Positions 40,291 through 50,708 of a stretch of DNA of 64,000 bases are shown here, one piece after another. The position numbers and the translations under genes were made by a program. Numbering within the stretch: position 1 is the stretch's first letter; every line of letters begins with the position of its first letter. The notes below the pieces were generated by a model that was given only the letters and a program-made list of their open reading frames with translations, made no database searches and was not told the origin of the DNA. Source of the DNA: Lachnospirales bacterium (GTDB taxonomy: Bacteria > Bacillota > Clostridia > Lachnospirales > CAMZNU01); assembly GCA_047974615.1 (NCBI GenBank), contig JBKECM010000082.1, positions 30,488 to 94,487 on the forward strand, read 5' to 3'.

Positions 40291-41201
40291 TTAAAAATAA
40301 AATGAAAAAATTAAAAGCACAATGGCCATTACAAATAATGGTTTGGCCTTGCATAATTTTAATGATTGTGTTTTCCTTTATTCCTATGCTCGGTCTTATT
40401 ATAGCTTTTCAAGATTATTCGCCCTATGACGGATTTTTAGGCTCGGAATTTGTTGCATTAGCTAACTTTAAATCATTTTTAACTGATCCATTTTTTTTCG
40501 AGGCTTTAATTAATACATTTGGTATTAGTACAATAAAGCTATTTATAGGATTTCCAGCTGAGATAATACTTGCAATAATGATTTATGAACTTGCTGATTC
40601 AAAGTTTAAAAAAATTTCACAAACAATTTCATATTTACCTCACTTCCTTTCATGGGTTATATTAGGTGGTATGCTAATTTCATGGATGGGTTCATCTGGT
40701 TTATTTAACAATATTTTAATAGGTTTAGGTATTATTGATACACCTATTTTATATTTAGGAAACCCTGACTGGTATTGGTGGATTGCTGCTCTTTCTGAAA
40801 TTTGGAAAGAAATTGGTTGGGGTACGATTTTATACCTTGCTGCAATGGCGGGAATTGATCCAACACTATATGAAGCAGCTGAGGTAGATGGAGCAGGTAA
40901 GTTAAAAAGAATTTGGCATATCTTACTACCTGGTATAAGAAGCATAATTATCTTGATGTTTGTACTACGTGTAAGTGGAATGATTGGTGCGAATTTAGAC
41001 CAAGCATTAGTATTACAAAACTCTGCAAATTTAACAAAAAGTCAAGTAATAGATTCTTATGTTTATACAATGGGTATGAAAAATGGAGATTATTCCTATG
41101 CTACAGCAGTTGGTATTTTTTCATCTATTGTTTCTGTAACATTCTTACTAGTAGCAAATTTTTTAACTAAAAAAATTGATAATGAAACTTCAATTTTTTA
41201 A
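40287..41201 (+). CDS. Sugar ABC transporter permease (LplB-like)
   Basis: Six TM helices. EAAEVDGAGKLKRIWHILLP EAA loop. Confidence 0.85.
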   Translation: MIKNKMKKLKAQWPLQIMVWPCIILMIVFSFIPMLGLIIAFQDYSPYDGFLGSEFVALANFKSFLTDPFFFEALINTFGISTIKLFIGFPAEIILAIMIYELADSKFKKISQTISYLPHFLSWVILGGMLISWMGSSGLFNNILIGLGIIDTPILYLGNPDWYWWIAALSEIWKEIGWGTILYLAAMAGIDPTLYEAAEVDGAGKLKRIWHILLPGIRSIIILMFVLRVSGMIGANLDQALVLQNSANLTKSQVIDSYVYTMGMKNGDYSYATAVGIFSSIVSVTFLLVANFLTKKIDNETSIF

Positions 41202-41219
41202 TAGAGAGGAGTGTTAAAG

Positions 41220-42074
41220 ATGTCAAAAGGTGAAAAATTTTTTAAAATATTTAATGTTGTATTTATTACGTTTTTTAGCCTACTAATTATACTACCTATT
41301 ACAAACATAATTGCACTTTCGTTTAACGATGGTTTAGATTCAGTAAAAGGCGGAATTTACTTTTGGCCGAGAGAGTTTACATTTGAAAATTATAAAGTAA
41401 TGTTAAAAAACGAAGATATATATAATGCATTTATAGTATCTGGTATGAGAGTTTTAATTGGTGTAAGTGCCCACTTATTTATAACAGGTATTGCAGCTTA
41501 TGCTATGAGTAAAACAAATCTAGTAGGTAGAAGTATATTTATAAAAATGGGTATTATAACTATGTATTTTAGTGGAGGAATGATCCCTACGTTTTTATTA
41601 ATAAATTCATTAGGTTTATATAATTCATTTTGGGTATTCATTATTCCAACTATGTTTAGTTTTTATGATATGATTATTTTAATGAATTTCTTTAGAAATT
41701 TACCTAGTTCACTTGAAGAAGCAGCAAAAATTGATGGTGCTGGTGTTTTTAAGATTTTCTTTAAAATAATTGTCCCATTATCTATGCCAGTATTTGCAAC
41801 TATTGCACTTTTTCATGGCGTGTATCAATGGAATGACTATTTTACGGCAAAATTGTATATAGATGATGCTAATTTATTTCCAATTCAATATTATTTATAT
41901 TTGATGTTAACAAGTGTGGGTAATCAAGATGCAGTAAAAGCAGGAGCAGTAATACCTACACAAGCATTGCAACAAGCGGCTATGGTTATTACAACATTGC
42001 CAATAGTATGTATTTATCCTTTCCTACAAAAATACTTTATAAGTGGTATGTTAATAGGTGGGGTTAAAGAATAA
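41220..42074 (+). CDS. Sugar ABC transporter permease (LplC-like)
   Basis: EAAKIDGAGVFKIFFKIIVP EAA loop. Start at ATG 41220 behind GAGAGGAG. Confidence 0.85.
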   Translation: MSKGEKFFKIFNVVFITFFSLLIILPITNIIALSFNDGLDSVKGGIYFWPREFTFENYKVMLKNEDIYNAFIVSGMRVLIGVSAHLFITGIAAYAMSKTNLVGRSIFIKMGIITMYFSGGMIPTFLLINSLGLYNSFWVFIIPTMFSFYDMIILMNFFRNLPSSLEEAAKIDGAGVFKIFFKIIVPLSMPVFATIALFHGVYQWNDYFTAKLYIDDANLFPIQYYLYLMLTSVGNQDAVKAGAVIPTQALQQAAMVITTLPIVCIYPFLQKYFISGMLIGGVKE

Positions 42075-42150
42075 ATTAAAAATATTAAAGTGTTTATTCT
42101 CTTAAAATAATAGAAGGGCAATAAACGCAAAGATTTTAGAGGAGGCTATT

Positions 42151-43791
42151 ATGAAGAAATTTAAAAAAGGATTATCCGTGTTACTTGTTTTAGCTGTATC
42201 AGCAGCTACTATTACAGCATGTGGCAGTAGCAATGAAAGTGCTACTGGTGATGATGAATGGAATTTACCTGAACCGACATTCACAGTTGATGCAAATACA
42301 CCAAGTTGGAAAATTGATGACAGTACAGCTGATATTGATTGGTATATGGGATTTGACTGGTTTACTCCTGGTCAACAAGATTCCGTTGCTATGAATTATC
42401 TTAAAGAAGATACTGGAGTAAACATTACGTATCAAAGTGGTGGGAATGATAAAATAAATTCCTTAATCGCTGCTAACAACTTACCTGATGTTATTACAGT
42501 AAATGAAGGTGATGCATCATTAATTGCCGATTTAGAAAAGGTTGCTATACCAATTGAGGTTCTTTCAGAAAAATATGACCCATATTTTATGAGTACAGTT
42601 GCTGACCCAGAAATAGTTAAATTTTATCAAAATGCAGATGGACATCTTTATATGTATCCAAACTATGCAATTCCACCATCAGACTATGAAAATGGTGGCG
42701 TATATGGAAATGAAGCTTTTCTTGTAAGAAAAGATATTTATGAAGCTATAGGTTCCCCAGATATGAGTACTCCAGAAGGGTTTTTAGATGCCCTTGCTAA
42801 AGCACAAGAGTTAGGTGAAACAGATGGTACTGGTAAAGAAGTAATTCCTTTTGGTATCAATCATATTGAACCAAATAATATAGGCACTGATGTTTCTTTA
42901 GCAAATATGTTAGGTATTCCAACTACTGAAGATGGCAAAATTATTGATAGATATACAGATCCTGACTTTGTATCTTGGATGAAAGTTTTTGCAGAAGCTA
43001 ATCGTGAAGGTTATATGGATCCTGACGTTATTACATTGGTTGATGCAGATAGACAAGCTAGAATAACAAATGGTTCATATTTTGCATATTTAAACTCAAA
43101 TCTTAATGCAGACCCATATACACTTACTAGCTGGTATAACCAAGATTCTTCTAAAGCATATATTGCAGTTGATGGACCAGCATCTTTAGTTGGTAATCCT
43201 GTAACATATTCAGGACCAAATTTAACAGGATGGACTCGTACTTTTGTTTCAAAAACTTGTAGTAATCCACAGAAAGTAATGGAAGTTATTACTTATCTTT
43301 CTTCTGAAGAAGGTGCTTTAGCTGTATATTTTGGTAGAGAAGGTGTAGATTACACAATGGAAGGTGAAAAAGCAGTACCAAACCAAGAAATTACAGATTT
43401 ATATAATTCTGATCCTGGTGCTTATCAAATTAAATATGGTTTTGGTGAAATTTACCAATTCAATAATACTTCATTTACTTCAATTTTATATGGTGTTGAA
43501 CAATTTGGTTTAGGTCTTCAACAACCAAAACAATTCACAGTAGATTATATTGTTTCAGATAATTCTGTTTTTGAAAAGGATAAATATTTATCTTCTGAGG
43601 AACAACGTAATAATGAAAGAATTAAAACACAATGGTTCCAAACTTTTTCAAAAATGATAACAGCTAGTGATGATGCAGAAGTTGATAGTTTAATGCAAGA
43701 GTATGTTGATTTTAGAGATGCAAATGGATATGCTGAAATCGAAACTGCACAAAATAAAGCAATAGCTGAAAATATTGAAAAATTAAAATAG
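42151..43791 (+). CDS. Extracellular solute-binding lipoprotein (LplA-like, large family-1 SBP)
   Basis: Lipobox ITAC, 546 aa. Context with the LplB/LplC-like permeases. Confidence 0.8.
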   Translation: MKKFKKGLSVLLVLAVSAATITACGSSNESATGDDEWNLPEPTFTVDANTPSWKIDDSTADIDWYMGFDWFTPGQQDSVAMNYLKEDTGVNITYQSGGNDKINSLIAANNLPDVITVNEGDASLIADLEKVAIPIEVLSEKYDPYFMSTVADPEIVKFYQNADGHLYMYPNYAIPPSDYENGGVYGNEAFLVRKDIYEAIGSPDMSTPEGFLDALAKAQELGETDGTGKEVIPFGINHIEPNNIGTDVSLANMLGIPTTEDGKIIDRYTDPDFVSWMKVFAEANREGYMDPDVITLVDADRQARITNGSYFAYLNSNLNADPYTLTSWYNQDSSKAYIAVDGPASLVGNPVTYSGPNLTGWTRTFVSKTCSNPQKVMEVITYLSSEEGALAVYFGREGVDYTMEGEKAVPNQEITDLYNSDPGAYQIKYGFGEIYQFNNTSFTSILYGVEQFGLGLQQPKQFTVDYIVSDNSVFEKDKYLSSEEQRNNERIKTQWFQTFSKMITASDDAEVDSLMQEYVDFRDANGYAEIETAQNKAIAENIEKLK

Positions 43792-43861
43792 TACTATAAA
43801 TAAATTATTATACAAGAGCTGGTCGCAAGGCTGGCTTTTGTAATAAAATAAGGAGGTATAT

Positions 43862-44443
43862 ATGTTTAGTATAGATGGTAAATTATATGGTATTTTAGTA
43901 ACTATAATGAACTTAGTTATTTTGGATTTATTGCTCATAGTGACTTTTATACCTATATTTACAATACCTATAGGTATATTATTTGTATGTCAAGGTTGTA
44001 TTAATATTTTGCAAGATAAAAAATTTAATTATGGTTTCAAATTTAGCAAAAAGATTTATATTAGATTATTGTCACTTACTGTTTTGACTGTATGCTCAAT
44101 TTTGACTATTTTAACTTTGTTTTCACCAAATAATATTTTTCCAGGCTATATACTAATTTCAATAATAATTTCTTTTTTAGTAGTATCATACATTATGATT
44201 TTACTTTATTCTGACAATTTACTACTTTTATTTAAAAGTGCTTTTTATTATACTTTAATATTTTTTTACAAGACTGTAGTACCTATTTTTTTATTATTAA
44301 TAGTTTTTACACACCCATTAAGTTTTGGTATGTTTATGACAATGTTAGTTATACCAATAATTTATCTTTATGTATTTATACGTATTAATTTTAACGGTAT
44401 TTCAGAAATAAAATGGCTTACGAAAAATGAAGAATTACTATAA
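43862..44443 (+). CDS. YesL/DUF624-family membrane protein
   Basis: 193 aa, N-terminal block LVTIMNLVILDLLLIVTFIPIFTIPIG. Usual position after Lpl-type ABC genes. Confidence 0.55.
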   Translation: MFSIDGKLYGILVTIMNLVILDLLLIVTFIPIFTIPIGILFVCQGCINILQDKKFNYGFKFSKKIYIRLLSLTVLTVCSILTILTLFSPNNIFPGYILISIIISFLVVSYIMILLYSDNLLLLFKSAFYYTLIFFYKTVVPIFLLLIVFTHPLSFGMFMTMLVIPIIYLYVFIRINFNGISEIKWLTKNEELL

Positions 44444-44648
44444 AAATTACAATTAATGTATATGTATCTAAATATTATATAAAAGCAACATATTACTTTC
44501 TACAAAGGTAAAAAGTGTGCTTGTATATTTTGAAAAAAATTTATAAAAACTATAAATACGAAAATTCTAAAATATAACTAAATACTATTTTTTAAGAAGT
44601 GTTATATTTTAATTAAATATATTAATACAATTTGAAAGGAAATATATT

Positions 44649-45941
44649 ATGAAAACAGAATTACAATATTACGACATTTTTCCAAAAGTGGTATTAAAAA
44701 ATAAAGAAACAATAGTAACTATTAAGTCCCTTGGTAAACATACAAATTTTGAAAATGGTGATGTTTATAAAATATATCCATTACCAATGAATGAAGTATA
44801 TGCAAACTTTAAGGTAGATAGTCCTTTCATTGAAGCTACTGCTTCTTCTACAAAAATTTCTTTCAGTTTTTCATTTAAAAAAGAGCAACAATATAATATT
44901 GTTTTATTCGATAAAAATGATAAAGTAGTTGTTGATTTAAGAATGTATTGTTTGGAAGATGATTTATATGAACTTATTCCTCTAAAAGGCGACCTTCACG
45001 TTCATTCTTTTCGTTCTGATGGAAAAGAATCTCCTGAGATAGTTGCTGCTAATTATAGAAAAGCTGGTTTTGATTTTATGACAATTACTGATCATGAAAT
45101 GATGTACCCTTCTTATGAAGCTATTGAGTGCTATAAGGAGGCTGAAATTGATTTGTTAATTGTACCTGGTGAAGAAGTTCATACCCCTAATAATGAAGTT
45201 CATATTGTGAATTTTGGTGGAAGTATAAGTGTTAATGAATTTTTTCAAAAAAATAGTGAGAAATACTATGAAGAAGTAAAAGAAGTAGAAAAAGACTTAG
45301 AAAAGATAGATGGTGTTGATTCATATCAATTAGCATCAAGTATTTGGGCTTTTAATAAAATTAAAGAAAATGGCGGGTTAGCTATTTTTCCTCACCCAAA
45401 TTGGGTTTACGAATATTGCTATCATATACCTGAAAAACTAAAACTTGCTTTGTTTGAACTTGGTGCTTTTGATGCTTTTGAATTAATTGGTGGACAGTCC
45501 CTTAATGAAAATACTATGCAAATTAATTTATATAACGAGTTATGTGCAAAAGGAATTTCAGTGCCTATTGTTGGTAGTAGTGATTCTCACGGAACTATTA
45601 ACTCGGAGTGGTTTCAGATAGGAAAAACTGTTGTTCTTGCAAAAGAAAATAGTAAAGATGAAATCATATCTGCTATTAAAGGCTATAAGGCAGCTGCATT
45701 AGAACAATATGCAAGTAATGGTGAAATTAGACCTCGTGTATATGGTCCGTTCCGTATTGCAAGTTATGTAGAATTTTTGATAAATGAATATTTTCCATTA
45801 CATGATGAATTATGTTTTGAAGAGGGACGTTTGATGAAGGATTATGTTAATTGTGTTGAAAACTCAAAAGAAGAATTAAAAATGCTTAAGGGTAGAACTA
45901 ATAAGTTGATAAATAAATATTTTGGAAAAAATATTATTTAA
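44649..45941 (+). CDS. PHP-domain metal-dependent phosphoesterase-like protein
   Basis: GDLHVHSFRSDG and ITDHE motifs after a ~110-aa N-terminal extension. Confidence 0.6.
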   Translation: MKTELQYYDIFPKVVLKNKETIVTIKSLGKHTNFENGDVYKIYPLPMNEVYANFKVDSPFIEATASSTKISFSFSFKKEQQYNIVLFDKNDKVVVDLRMYCLEDDLYELIPLKGDLHVHSFRSDGKESPEIVAANYRKAGFDFMTITDHEMMYPSYEAIECYKEAEIDLLIVPGEEVHTPNNEVHIVNFGGSISVNEFFQKNSEKYYEEVKEVEKDLEKIDGVDSYQLASSIWAFNKIKENGGLAIFPHPNWVYEYCYHIPEKLKLALFELGAFDAFELIGGQSLNENTMQINLYNELCAKGISVPIVGSSDSHGTINSEWFQIGKTVVLAKENSKDEIISAIKGYKAAALEQYASNGEIRPRVYGPFRIASYVEFLINEYFPLHDELCFEEGRLMKDYVNCVENSKEELKMLKGRTNKLINKYFGKNII

Positions 45942-45995
45942 CTATACTATACTTTTATACAATTAAACTAATAGTAGTTAAACAATCATTGAAGA

Positions 45996-46082
45996 TTTGA
46001 GGCGTTTCAGAAAATGTTACATTTTGGTGATTTTAGATTTGCTACGCAAATCATAACATAATTGCATTTTGTAATGATGCCA
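45996..46082. repeat. Truncated F1-related repeat copy (F1-H)
   Basis: GAGGCGTTTCAGAAAATG.. aligns with CAGGCGTTTGTCAAAAGT.. of F1-C. Ends in CATTTTGTAATGATGCCA. Hairpin GATTTGC-TAC-GCAAATC. Abuts the RBS of the MFS gene. Confidence 0.55.
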
Positions 46083-46110
46083 TATATTAAATAAATTGGG
46101 AGGTTATGTA

Positions 46111-47370
46111 TTGAAAGAAAATAAACTAAAGAAAAAAGAGCATATTTACTTGTTCTTCTGTTTATGCTTTTTGGTGTATTTCACTACATATTTGGGACGT
46201 TTAAATTATGCAGCTTCCCTTGCTGAAATTATTAATACTGAAAATTTTTCAAGAGGTAGTGCTGGACTTATTGGTACAGCATTCTTTTTTTCTTATGGTA
46301 TAGGGCAGTTTTTAAATGGCTTTATTGGAGATTACATAAACAGTAAATATATGGTGTTTTTAGGACTGTTTATTTCAGGTTTAATGAATGCTATTATGGG
46401 TAGTGCTAGTTCATCAGAAGTTATGACTGTTGTTTGGTGCTTAAATGGTTTTGCACAGTCTATGATTTGGTCACCTTTACTAAAAAGTATTTGTGATAAT
46501 TTACAAGTTGAAAACCAACGTCGTTTTTGTATGTATATTAATTATTCTGTGCCTTTGGGAACATTAACGGCTTATGCACTAACTGCATTTTTAATTAATA
46601 ATAATAATTGGCACGTTGCTTTTTTTGTACCTTCAGTTATAATTATAGCTATAGCTATAATTTGGTTGCTTTGTATGGGCTATATTGAAAAAATAACTGG
46701 GAATAATATTTTAGTTGTACAAGAAGAAAATAACATACCTATAGTTAAAGGCAGTATGAAAAATATTTTTATCCAGTCTGGACTTATTTTTGTTGGCATA
46801 GCCTTATTGGTGCAAGGTGCACTTAAAGATAGTGTAACAACATGGATACCGGTTTATTTAATTGATAATTATAATATAGGCAATATTGTAGCTATTTTGA
46901 GTACTATTGTAATACCAATATGCAATTTATTTGGTGTGTCATTTGCTGTTGTTGTAGAGAAGAAAACAAAGGGGAATGAGGTTTTAGCAGCTTCGATTTT
47001 CTATTGTATTTGTGGTCTTTCTTTACTAGCTTTATGGGGATTAAATGGGAAAAGTGTAGTTGTGTCTATAGCATTGTTAGCAATAGCTACAACTGTAATG
47101 ATGTCAGTTAATTCGCTACTTATAGCAGTGTTACCTTCAAGGTTTGGAAAAATAGGGAGAGCATCTAGTGTTTCAGGGATACTTAATTCTTCTGTATATG
47201 CAGGTTGTGCAGGTTCAACATATGGAATTGGCGTTTTATCAGAAAGATTTGGTTGGGATAAAGTAATTCTTTTATGGGTTGCTGGAGCTTTTTTAGCATT
47301 TTTAATATGTTTATTTACTAGTAGAAAATGGCGTGAATATGTAAATACGAAATTAGATAAAATAAAGTAA
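46111..47370 (+). CDS. MFS transporter
   Basis: 12 predicted TM helices. TTG 46111 lies 7 nt after GGGAGG; track start 46096 overlaps the RBS. Confidence 0.8.
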   Translation: MKENKLKKKEHIYLFFCLCFLVYFTTYLGRLNYAASLAEIINTENFSRGSAGLIGTAFFFSYGIGQFLNGFIGDYINSKYMVFLGLFISGLMNAIMGSASSSEVMTVVWCLNGFAQSMIWSPLLKSICDNLQVENQRRFCMYINYSVPLGTLTAYALTAFLINNNNWHVAFFVPSVIIIAIAIIWLLCMGYIEKITGNNILVVQEENNIPIVKGSMKNIFIQSGLIFVGIALLVQGALKDSVTTWIPVYLIDNYNIGNIVAILSTIVIPICNLFGVSFAVVVEKKTKGNEVLAASIFYCICGLSLLALWGLNGKSVVVSIALLAIATTVMMSVNSLLIAVLPSRFGKIGRASSVSGILNSSVYAGCAGSTYGIGVLSERFGWDKVILLWVAGAFLAFLICLFTSRKWREYVNTKLDKIK

Positions 47371-47430
47371 ATGTTCTGACAGCGAAGTGATTTAATATAC
47401 TAAAAATAAAATGACTATAAGGAGAATGAG

Positions 47431-48756
47431 ATGAAAACATATGAATCTAAAAAATCAAGTTATAAATATTTGGTTGAAGTAAATGAAAGAAAAAATATTA
47501 AAGCTACTGAAAAGATTAGTATAAATAAAGAAAAGACTTACCAAAAGCATATAGGCTTTGGAGGTGCATTTACTGAATCAACTTGTTATATGCTAAGTAT
47601 GATTTCAAAAGAAGAAAGAAGAAAAGTTTTGGAAAACTATTTTGACAATGTAAATGGTTCAGGTTATAATTTCTGTCGTTTACATATTCATAGTTGTGAT
47701 TTTTCGATGTCAAACTATGAATATTCAAGAGATAAGGAAGATAAAGAATTATTAAACTTTAATATTTCTAATGATTTGATTTATATTATACCTATAATAA
47801 AAGAAGCAATGGAAATTGCTAGTGAAGAAATTATTTTTTTTGCATCTCCATGGTCTCCTCCGTCATTTATGAAAACTACAAATATGATGAATCACGGTGG
47901 CAAACTTAGAGCTGAATATGCTAATATGTGGGCATTATATTTTGTAAAATTTATTAAAGCATATGAAGATTTGGGTATAAAAATTTCTGGTGTTACAGTG
48001 CAAAATGAGCCAAGTGCTTGTCAAACTTGGGAAAGTTGTATTTATACTGCAGAAGAAGAACGAGATTTTGTTAAAAATCACTTAGCACCAATGTTTAAGA
48101 AACACAATTTGGATACAAAAATAATTATGCATGACCATAATAGAAATGATGTTTTCGATAGAATGGATATTGCTTTTTCAGACGATGAAGTATTTAAAAA
48201 TGTGTGGGGGACTGGTGTTCACTGGTATATGAGTGAAGATTATGAAAATCTCACAAAATTACATGAAAAATATCCGGAAAAACATATTGTTTTTACTGAA
48301 GGCTGTTGTGCGTATAATGAGGCTGAAGGTGGGTTCACAACTGGAGGTTGGGAAAATGGAGAACAGTATGCATATGATATAATAAACAATTTTAATAACT
48401 ATGTGGAAGCTTTTTGTGACTGGAATATGGTACTTGATGAGTTTGGTGGACCTAATCATGTTAAAAATTTTTGTGATGCCCCAGTTATGATACATACTGA
48501 TAAAAAAATTACTGTTTATCAAAATTCATTTTATTATATTCAGCATTTTGCAAAATTTATTAAAAAAGGTTATGAGAGAGTTGACTTTTTTAAAGAAGGT
48601 AAAGATTTGCATGTGACAGCATATAAGGGTGATAATGAAGTTGTTTGTGTACTTTTAAATAAAAATCAATACGATGTGAATTATAGCATTGAAATTGAAG
48701 ATGTTATAGTTACAAATATTATTCCTGCAAGAGGGATACATACTGTAGTTATTTAA
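47431..48756 (+). CDS. Glycoside hydrolase family 30 (glucosylceramidase-like)
   Basis: GFGGAFTE, SPWSPPSFMK, TVQNEP (acid/base Glu), FTEGC (nucleophile Glu) motifs. Confidence 0.8.
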   Translation: MKTYESKKSSYKYLVEVNERKNIKATEKISINKEKTYQKHIGFGGAFTESTCYMLSMISKEERRKVLENYFDNVNGSGYNFCRLHIHSCDFSMSNYEYSRDKEDKELLNFNISNDLIYIIPIIKEAMEIASEEIIFFASPWSPPSFMKTTNMMNHGGKLRAEYANMWALYFVKFIKAYEDLGIKISGVTVQNEPSACQTWESCIYTAEEERDFVKNHLAPMFKKHNLDTKIIMHDHNRNDVFDRMDIAFSDDEVFKNVWGTGVHWYMSEDYENLTKLHEKYPEKHIVFTEGCCAYNEAEGGFTTGGWENGEQYAYDIINNFNNYVEAFCDWNMVLDEFGGPNHVKNFCDAPVMIHTDKKITVYQNSFYYIQHFAKFIKKGYERVDFFKEGKDLHVTAYKGDNEVVCVLLNKNQYDVNYSIEIEDVIVTNIIPARGIHTVVI

Positions 48757-48958
48757 TATTATGTAAATTTTTAATTTTATAATTTGAGGAGATAAATAAT
48801 ATATATGCTTATGTTTTAAATTGCATTTAAAATAAAGGATAAATTATTACTCTTAAATAGAGCATTATAAAAATATTTTTTCAAGTTAATATACTTATGG
48901 ATTACAAGGGTTAAAGTTACATACTTTATTTCAAATTAAATAGGAAATGGGTGGAATT

Positions 48959-49900
48959 TTGAAAAAAATTTTAAATATAGGAGAAGCTATGGCATTGTTT
49001 GTTGCCAATGAAGTAGGTGATTTGGAAGATATAAATAACTTTACAAAATATACTGCTGGTGCAGAAATGAATGTAGCTGTTGGACTTGCAAGGCTAGGAT
49101 ATAATTCATTATATAGTACTATTTTAGGCGACGACCCACTTGGTAGTTATATTAAAAAATTTTTAGAAAATGAAAATATAAATATGAAATATGTATTTAC
49201 AAGTGATGAATTTTTTACTGGTCTTATGTTTAAATCTAAAGTTACAAATGGTGATCCTAAAGTTGCATATTACCGTAAAAATAGTGCTTGTTCGCATTTT
49301 AATATGCAATTAGCAAATAAAATTGATTTAAGTGAAATTGATATATTTCATAGTACTGGAATTATGTTGGCTATATCTGAAAGTGCAAGAGAAGTCGTAT
49401 TTGCTTTAAAAAATATTGCCTTGGGTATGGGAAAAATTATTTCATTTGATCCAAATATTAGACTATCTCTGTGGGAAAATAAGGAAAAAATGGTTGAAAC
49501 TATAAATGAATTTGCGAAAGATTGTGATTATTTTTTACCCGGTATTGGAGAGGGAGAAATATTAACAGGTTTTAAATATCCAGAAGATATTGCCGATTTT
49601 TATATTGATCTAGGTGTTAAAAATGTTATTGTAAAGCTTGGCGCTAGTGGTGGGTTTTATAAAAAGGATACAGGGGAAAGTGGATTTGTTTCAGGTTTTC
49701 ATGTTAGTAATGTTGTTGATACTGTTGGTGCAGGTGATGGATTTGCAACAGGTATTATAAGTGGTATACTTGATGAATGTAATATAGAAGAAATGTTAAA
49801 AAGAGCTTGTGCTATTGGAGCTATACAAGTTATGAATAAAAGCGACAATGAAGGATTACCGACTAAAGAAGAACTTGAACTTTTTATGAAAAGAGGATAA
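48959..49900 (+). CDS. kdgK: 2-dehydro-3-deoxygluconokinase (PfkB family)
   Basis: PfkB motifs (GGAEMNVAVGLARLG, DTVGAGDGF). Adjacent to eda. TTG 48959 behind GGGTGGA; ATG 48989 is an alternative. Confidence 0.75.
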   Translation: MKKILNIGEAMALFVANEVGDLEDINNFTKYTAGAEMNVAVGLARLGYNSLYSTILGDDPLGSYIKKFLENENINMKYVFTSDEFFTGLMFKSKVTNGDPKVAYYRKNSACSHFNMQLANKIDLSEIDIFHSTGIMLAISESAREVVFALKNIALGMGKIISFDPNIRLSLWENKEKMVETINEFAKDCDYFLPGIGEGEILTGFKYPEDIADFYIDLGVKNVIVKLGASGGFYKKDTGESGFVSGFHVSNVVDTVGAGDGFATGIISGILDECNIEEMLKRACAIGAIQVMNKSDNEGLPTKEELELFMKRG

Positions 49901-49907
49901 TCGTAAT

Positions 49908-50522
49908 ATGATTAATAATTTGAAAAATAATATTGTTGCAGTAATTAGAATCAAAAATTATGAATTAGCAAAAGCTGTAGCAGAAAATATTATAGCTAGT
50001 GGTATAAATTTTATTGAATTAACACTAACAATCGAAAATGCATCAAAATTAATAAGAGAGTTAAATGAAAAGTATAAAGAACAAGATGTTTTTATTGGTG
50101 CTGGGACTGTAACAACCCTTGATGAATGTAAAGAAGTACTGGATAGCAATGCTGCTTTTGTTGTTTCACCAATAACAAATTTTGAAGTTATTGATTATTG
50201 TATCTGTAATAACGTACCTATATTACCCGGTATTGGCACCGTAACAGAAGCGTATAATTGTTACATAAAAGGCTGTGAAGTTGTTAAAGTTTTTCCCGGT
50301 AATGTTCTAGGTCACGCCTTTATTAAAAGTGCATTAGCACCACTTCCACAAATTAAGTTTATGCCAAGTGGTGGAGTAACACTTGAAAATATGAATGACT
50401 GGTTTGATAATGGTGCGTATGCTGTAAGCATAGGTAGTGAATTATATTCAGGAATTACTTTAGAAAATATTGAAACTATTAGGGATAGGGTTGAAAATTA
50501 TTTGAAAAATTTACCAAAATAA
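49908..50522 (+). CDS. eda: KDPG / KHG aldolase
   Basis: 204 aa. IAVIR, GAGTV, VKVFPG, PSGGV motifs of the Eda family. Confidence 0.8.
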   Translation: MINNLKNNIVAVIRIKNYELAKAVAENIIASGINFIELTLTIENASKLIRELNEKYKEQDVFIGAGTVTTLDECKEVLDSNAAFVVSPITNFEVIDYCICNNVPILPGIGTVTEAYNCYIKGCEVVKVFPGNVLGHAFIKSALAPLPQIKFMPSGGVTLENMNDWFDNGAYAVSIGSELYSGITLENIETIRDRVENYLKNLPK

Positions 50523-50654
50523 TTTTATGTACAACTGTTAATTAATTAAATTTTTGAAATAAGATAATAACACCTAAAATATTTTTATAATATCAAAATT
50601 TGAAGATTATAAGTTTTATTATTATTTTTTCAGTAATTTGTTTTTTTTGAACAA

Positions 50655-50705
50655 AAATAACCTATTGTGGTTTCTATTTATTTTACCGCAGTAGGTTATT
50701 TTGTT
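50655..50705 (+). terminator. Intrinsic terminator after eda
   Basis: 16-bp stem AAATAACCTATTGTGG / CCGCAGTAGGTTATTT (two G-U pairs), 15-nt loop, T-rich tail. Confidence 0.65.
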
Positions 50706-50708
50706 ATA

